Source of the DNA: Candidatus Saccharimonadota bacterium
GTDB taxonomy: Bacteria; Bacteroidota; Bacteroidia; Cytophagales; Amoebophilaceae
NCBI RefSeq assembly: GCF_964030745.1
Contig: NZ_OZ034918.1
Coordinates: forward strand, 30,001-62,000
DNA: 32,000 bases
Direction of reading: 5' to 3'
In this document: positions 27,290 through 32,000 of the stretch, piece by piece
Numbering within the stretch: position 1 is the first letter of the stretch
Layout: the number at the start of each line of letters is the position of its first letter
Notes under the pieces: model-generated
Database searches by the model: none
Told to the model about the DNA's origin: nothing
Seen by the model: the letters and a program-made list of their open reading frames with translations, nothing else
Made by a program: the position numbers and the translations under genes

Positions 27290-30200
27290 ATGCCTACCAA
27301 AAACCATCATGTTATTCTACGTAGCCGGATTGAAGTTACGGTAGATAAGCATAACCAAAATAGCATCCTTCAACAGACCATTCATAAAGTTATCCAGAAA
27401 CGGATTATACCTATTTTATCCAAACTCCTTTCTAAATATGTACCGCATGATGTAGTTATCCACTTAGACAAACTTGTCATAGATGGAGGCAGTTTTCATC
27501 TATCCACCCTAGACAAGCAATTGCCCTGCCAAGTAGAGCAAATTTTAATGGTTCAGCTACAAGAACAGATTAAAAAAGTGATCCAGAACCCTGCTGTACA
27601 CCAAATAATACCACTACCAGATGCAAAACGGGAAGCTCTAGCCCACTATCTCTCAGAAGGTAATTTTGCTTGGTGGATGTCAGAAAATTCTGAAAATCAG
27701 ATTGAAAAAATATATCTAGCATTACTCCATCATACCCCTCTGCTTATAGAACAACTCTGGTATAATCTGAACAAGAAAGAAAAAGCCGTTCAACGTTGTA
27801 TGACGCTTTTTTCTCATACTACCCTAGAACATACCCTTTCTTGCTTATTAAAACAGCCTATAACATACTTTAGACCCATCTTAGCTGAAACAGGATTATT
27901 ACTACATCAAACCAAGGTTTTGACCAATTTATCCTACCCACCGAAACAACAGTTGCTTGCAATGGCCTTATTAGGCATCATCACCCAACAAAAGACTAAA
28001 ATAGACCAGATGGGTTTATTGAGTATACTCCTCAAGCAAGTCGCCCTACAAACCTCTACTCATTACGACACAGTTCTAGAAAAATTACACGCTCACTATG
28101 CGCAAAATGAGGGAAAGGCCTCATGTCACACAACCACTAAAGCATTGCTCCTTCAGTTGCGTGACCTAGTTATAACGCCACCAAAGTTATGGTATCAGGA
28201 TCTTAAAAATCAGGAAAATGTATTAAAAGAATTGGACAAAATAGGCAATGGTAGGGTAGAGGACCATCAATTATCAGCAGTTATGCATCGGATTGGAGTA
28301 GCAATGGACCAAGCTGGTATACGCCCTCTGGTAAAAAGCTGGCTGCAAGAAGAAAAAAACAGAACAAAATTGGCTAAACATTTACCTGATGCGCTCTTTG
28401 CTCCATTCTTAGCCTCTATAGATCCCTCTATTATAGCTATATTTTCTGATTTTGCCCAAATCGCAACAGTTACTACTGCTACCAACGTGCCTGCTTGCGT
28501 GATTAAAACCAATACGTTAGCCTACTGTGCTTTTAGGCATTCTAAAACAGATTATCTGAAAGAGATGAAATCATTGTTTAGAAAGTATATTGCCAATAAC
28601 ATCATTAGTAAGGAACAACTCGCCACACTCCTTGCCACGCAACCCTATCACCCAGTCATAAAATCCACCCTAGTACCATTGACGTCTCGATTTGCAAAAA
28701 AAACATTACGCCATCGTCCACCTAGCACATACCTGCCTGATGTAGCAGCTAGCAAGATGCCAATCCATCAGCCCACCATACAGCATAGTCCTGCCCAACC
28801 CATACTGCTTTCAACAGAGCTCCTCAATAGACTAGAAAAGCTGATTATTAGATTGTTGGAGCCTACTCCATGCCAAATAAGTGTGGATGCAGTCAAAAAT
28901 ATATTGGTGCAAGCCGCCATTGCAGACCCACTTAGCACGGAAAAAAAATATATAGATCGTGTTATAGACTACCTTACCCCATATGCGCCATTTGCTGCTG
29001 ACATATTAGGTGCAACAGAAGAATATCAACAGCTAGCAGCCTGCTTTTCTAGTATGGCACCATTACAAACTAACCATGAGATCACCCAATTAGGTGGAGA
29101 TTCAGAAAACCCATTATCTGATGTAGTGGATTTTCTTGCTTATAATGAATTGCCAACAGGTCAGTTGGTACCAGCTTATTTCATAGCCAAATGTTTGGGA
29201 AAGGCAACATGCCAAGCAATACGAGATCAGTTGGTACCCTTATGCCAAGAGCCGACTATTCTAAAAAAGTTAATGCAACATGCCACAGAGGCAGCCTTAT
29301 CCAAACTATTACAGGCCTTTACTACTTTTCCCCAGCAGATACTAGATGGATTAGAACAGGTCATTATACAATCAGGCGTATTCCAAGGCACCCAACAGCA
29401 GGACAATATCCGTTTGCTCAAAGAAATTTTTATTACAGCAGCCATTATCCATAGACCATCCGAACAGCAATATATAGAATGCATTGTACTCCATCTTAGC
29501 AGAGCAACTGCATCTAATCCCACCATTTTATGTGAGCAATTGATAGATGCAGCCAAACAATCAAGCGATCATCACTTAGCAGAGGCCTTTTCTTTGATTA
29601 AGGAAAAGTTAGCCCCATTGAACCTAGATGAAATAGACGAAACGGATCTTATTTTTCTATCCACACACGAAACATTTACTTTGGACAAAGGACTTTTACC
29701 ACTTTACTATAGTAGCCTATTGCCAGCTATTAAACATATGGTACGCCAATCCCTTGATCTATCCCAATCAGCGATCGACCAACTCGTTGCACAACACTTG
29801 CCAACCATTCCCCCCCCTCTACAGGAAACCATAAGTTTTGCATGCTACAAGCAACTTGCCAATGTGATACAAAGCAAACAAGAACGGGTGGCACAAAGAT
29901 GGCACCTCTTTTTACATACTGGTAAGTTGGGGGATTATCTAGACAGTAAAGCCTTGTTGGAGGATGTTATTACCCATCTTCCCACTTTTGCATTAGCACA
30001 AGATAAAATACATGTACGTCAACGTCTCATTACAAATTTTACCCATACGCAGCTTATGTTATTGGTTCAGCACCACAGTGAGGCTGGAAAATCATTAGCA
30101 AGCTGTATACAGGGAAGCTATCAATTGTGGTGTGCCACACAAGGCTCATTGAGTCAATTCAATACCGCCAAACAGCTATTTTGGAATAGTGTACTCAAAA

Positions 30201-31732
30201 CCTTACCGCAGACATCTATGGATCAAGATCATTGGCTTGCACAATTCATCACCGAATTGAGTAATATGGTAGAAATCACACCCACCACACTACTTGAAAC
30301 CTTCCAACTTGTGGAGACCAAACCAAAAGAGATATCCACCTCATTACATAAGTTACAAGACAAATACCGACAAGAGATCCAGCGGCAAGCCATACAACGT
30401 GGCTACAAAGCGGCTACGTTAGCCAAGCTTTATCTACTGCTCAATAGTAATCTATCACTTTTTACCCAGGAGTATCATCTATCCATGGCTACATTAGGCA
30501 ACGAATTGGTGCAGTTTATGGCGGATCAACCATCTGCTGTATCAAAGCTTCTAGAAGAACAAGACAATCCTCAATTGGTAGCCAGACGGCTGGTACACTA
30601 CTTTAGCCAAGAAGTTGCCAGAAAAATTATAGCCTGCTTGGCAAAAGAACAATCTCAGTTTGTTATGCATTATCTAGACCTACTGACCGATCCATTGGCA
30701 CATATAGCTATACAACCAGATCCCTCTTCAACCTGGAACAAAGAACTATACATTGCTACGATAGATTATTTTATTACCCAACAGCCATTTGAAGCAACAA
30801 AATTTATACATAGCACCCTAGTGACCACCCGCTATCCCAAAGAAGCGATGTATAAAATCCTGTCTTCAATTGTAGCTACAAAAGCCACTAACCAGGACAG
30901 AGACAAGATAATCACTTTGCTTAAGCCCCTGGTACAGCACATCAATCAACCTACTATGCCTCAGCAGGTTTCAGTCAATCATCCATTAGCATCGCCATTG
31001 GCAACCAAGCAACAAGCCCCACTCCCAAAAGTTAGTCCACTAGAGAAAGAAGTGCGAGTCTATACCAAAAATAGTGGGTTGGTTTTTTTATGGCCCTTTT
31101 TGTATGATTTTTTTAAGGGACACCACCTTATGGTTGGCAACCAATTCTTCTGTGACCAAGCAGCCCATAATGCCGTTTATCTCTTACAATACTTAGTTAC
31201 GGGCAAACTAAAAAGCCCAGAATGGCAACTTACCCTGCCCAAACTACTGTGCGGATTATCCTACGATGAAGTATTGCTACCCTATACACCCATAGATGCA
31301 GATTGCGATACATATGATCAAGAAGCGCTAGAAACAACAGGACGAGCGTCAGCAAAACAGCCTAAACAGCCACCCACAGAACAAACAGCAGCAGATGCAT
31401 CCATATCTAGCAGTGCCATAGAAGCTATAGCCCTAAATAACCAACTGTTTATGGAAAAAGTAATCAAACGTTGGAAAAGCTTAACAAAACTCAAAGAAAT
31501 AGCTCTATACCAAAATTGTACCACTCAAGATATATTGCAAAGTTATTTTTTGAACCGGCTAGGTATTTTAACTAGACAGGAAGCCAATGATGCTACCGAA
31601 AGCAAATTTTGGCATCTAACGATTATGTATCAGGACGACGATACAGACAATGTACTCCCCCCTTGGTCTATGACCAATATTAAACTACCTTGGATGCAAG
31701 AAGCAATGATTGTATTTTGGATGCCCGGGTAG
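27290..31732 (+). CDS. Very large (1480 aa) predicted helical protein, candidate contractile-injection-system (eCIS / T6SS-iv type) tape-measure protein
   Basis: Uninterrupted ORF starting 7 bp after the mpg stop. The N-terminus (HHVILRSRIEVTV...RIIPILSKLL...VIHLDKLVIDGGSF) and the C-terminus (SGLVFLWPFLYDFF...AVYLLQYLVTGK...LTLPKLLCGL...VIKRWKSL...YFLNRLGILTRQ...WHLTI...IKLPWMQEAMIVFWMPG) fit my recollection of the conserved ends of CIS tape-measure proteins. The function is an inference. The CDS itself is secure. Confidence 0.55.
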   Translation: MPTKNHHVILRSRIEVTVDKHNQNSILQQTIHKVIQKRIIPILSKLLSKYVPHDVVIHLDKLVIDGGSFHLSTLDKQLPCQVEQILMVQLQEQIKKVIQNPAVHQIIPLPDAKREALAHYLSEGNFAWWMSENSENQIEKIYLALLHHTPLLIEQLWYNLNKKEKAVQRCMTLFSHTTLEHTLSCLLKQPITYFRPILAETGLLLHQTKVLTNLSYPPKQQLLAMALLGIITQQKTKIDQMGLLSILLKQVALQTSTHYDTVLEKLHAHYAQNEGKASCHTTTKALLLQLRDLVITPPKLWYQDLKNQENVLKELDKIGNGRVEDHQLSAVMHRIGVAMDQAGIRPLVKSWLQEEKNRTKLAKHLPDALFAPFLASIDPSIIAIFSDFAQIATVTTATNVPACVIKTNTLAYCAFRHSKTDYLKEMKSLFRKYIANNIISKEQLATLLATQPYHPVIKSTLVPLTSRFAKKTLRHRPPSTYLPDVAASKMPIHQPTIQHSPAQPILLSTELLNRLEKLIIRLLEPTPCQISVDAVKNILVQAAIADPLSTEKKYIDRVIDYLTPYAPFAADILGATEEYQQLAACFSSMAPLQTNHEITQLGGDSENPLSDVVDFLAYNELPTGQLVPAYFIAKCLGKATCQAIRDQLVPLCQEPTILKKLMQHATEAALSKLLQAFTTFPQQILDGLEQVIIQSGVFQGTQQQDNIRLLKEIFITAAIIHRPSEQQYIECIVLHLSRATASNPTILCEQLIDAAKQSSDHHLAEAFSLIKEKLAPLNLDEIDETDLIFLSTHETFTLDKGLLPLYYSSLLPAIKHMVRQSLDLSQSAIDQLVAQHLPTIPPPLQETISFACYKQLANVIQSKQERVAQRWHLFLHTGKLGDYLDSKALLEDVITHLPTFALAQDKIHVRQRLITNFTHTQLMLLVQHHSEAGKSLASCIQGSYQLWCATQGSLSQFNTAKQLFWNSVLKTLPQTSMDQDHWLAQFITELSNMVEITPTTLLETFQLVETKPKEISTSLHKLQDKYRQEIQRQAIQRGYKAATLAKLYLLLNSNLSLFTQEYHLSMATLGNELVQFMADQPSAVSKLLEEQDNPQLVARRLVHYFSQEVARKIIACLAKEQSQFVMHYLDLLTDPLAHIAIQPDPSSTWNKELYIATIDYFITQQPFEATKFIHSTLVTTRYPKEAMYKILSSIVATKATNQDRDKIITLLKPLVQHINQPTMPQQVSVNHPLASPLATKQQAPLPKVSPLEKEVRVYTKNSGLVFLWPFLYDFFKGHHLMVGNQFFCDQAAHNAVYLLQYLVTGKLKSPEWQLTLPKLLCGLSYDEVLLPYTPIDADCDTYDQEALETTGRASAKQPKQPPTEQTAADASISSSAIEAIALNNQLFMEKVIKRWKSLTKLKEIALYQNCTTQDILQSYFLNRLGILTRQEANDATESKFWHLTIMYQDDDTDNVLPPWSMTNIKLPWMQEAMIVFWMPG

Positions 31733-31839
31733 GATCAAACCCCATGTAGTGATTTTATATACAATATATACTTTTATTAAGCATTAAAAATGCGTCTTAT
31801 ACTTGTAATTATTAAAATCGTTTTGTAATATCACATTGT

Positions 31840-31871
31840 ATAGCCTGGTGTAGGCCAGTAGGCTATTTTTA
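31840..31871 (+). terminator. Candidate intrinsic terminator after the 1480-aa ORF
   Basis: Imperfect hairpin ATAGCC-TGG...CCA-GTA-GGCTAT (31840-31866), followed directly by a run of five T. Confidence 0.45.
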
Positions 31872-31926
31872 TAAAAATATTATCTTTATTGTAGATATTA
31901 ACTCATTAAATTAATTCATTTTTGTC

Positions 31927-32000
31927 ATGTTGTATAAAAAAATAACCTTGCCGCTTTTGCCATTTGCCGGGTTGCTCATAGTCTCGAGTTGTGACAATGG
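31927..32000 (+). CDS. Lipoprotein, N-terminal fragment (continues beyond the window)
   Basis: The ATG at 31927 gives MLYKKITLPLLPFAGLLIVSSCDN, a classical signal peptide with lipobox. Only 24 codons are visible. Confidence 0.5.
   Translation, partial: MLYKKITLPLLPFAGLLIVSSCDN

Overview
This is an AT-rich bacterial chromosomal window. The protein repertoire looks like Bacteroidota, and an obligate intracellular symbiont such as 'Candidatus Amoebophilus asiaticus' or a relative is my inference, not a search result. The reasons are the density of IS elements, a secreted ankyrin-repeat protein, a secreted single-HKD PLD and lipase-like paralogs.

Housekeeping genes recognised from their translations: gpmI (3' part), eno, clpB, gatC, mfd, mpg, a flippase-like (UPF0104) membrane protein, a possible VUT/YhhQ-type transporter, a TPR plus periplasmic-binding-fold protein, and an HhH-domain putative outer-membrane protein.

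Accessory content:
1. A structured palindromic repeat array (2130-6982) is broken by three IS elements of different families. An IS110-family element carries a nested IS5-family element in its 5' non-coding arm, and an IS66-family element has an intact 8-bp target-site duplication (TSD). An uninterrupted inverted copy of the same array lies at 23577-23969. It serves as a paralogous empty site and lets all junctions be reconstructed.
2. The IS110 left arm contains short exact matches to its own target flank and its own right end. Both matches end in the same AG dinucleotide, as expected for a bridge-RNA guide.
3. Three paralogous alpha/beta-hydrolase-like genes lie downstream of clpB. The middle copy has lost the nucleophile.
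4. Two inverted copies of a MITE bracket mfd.
5. A 1480-aa ORF has termini that match my recollection of contractile-injection-system tape-measure proteins. It sits alone between mpg and a lipoprotein gene, with no sheath, tube or baseplate genes in the window.

No rRNA, tRNA or CRISPR array was recognised.
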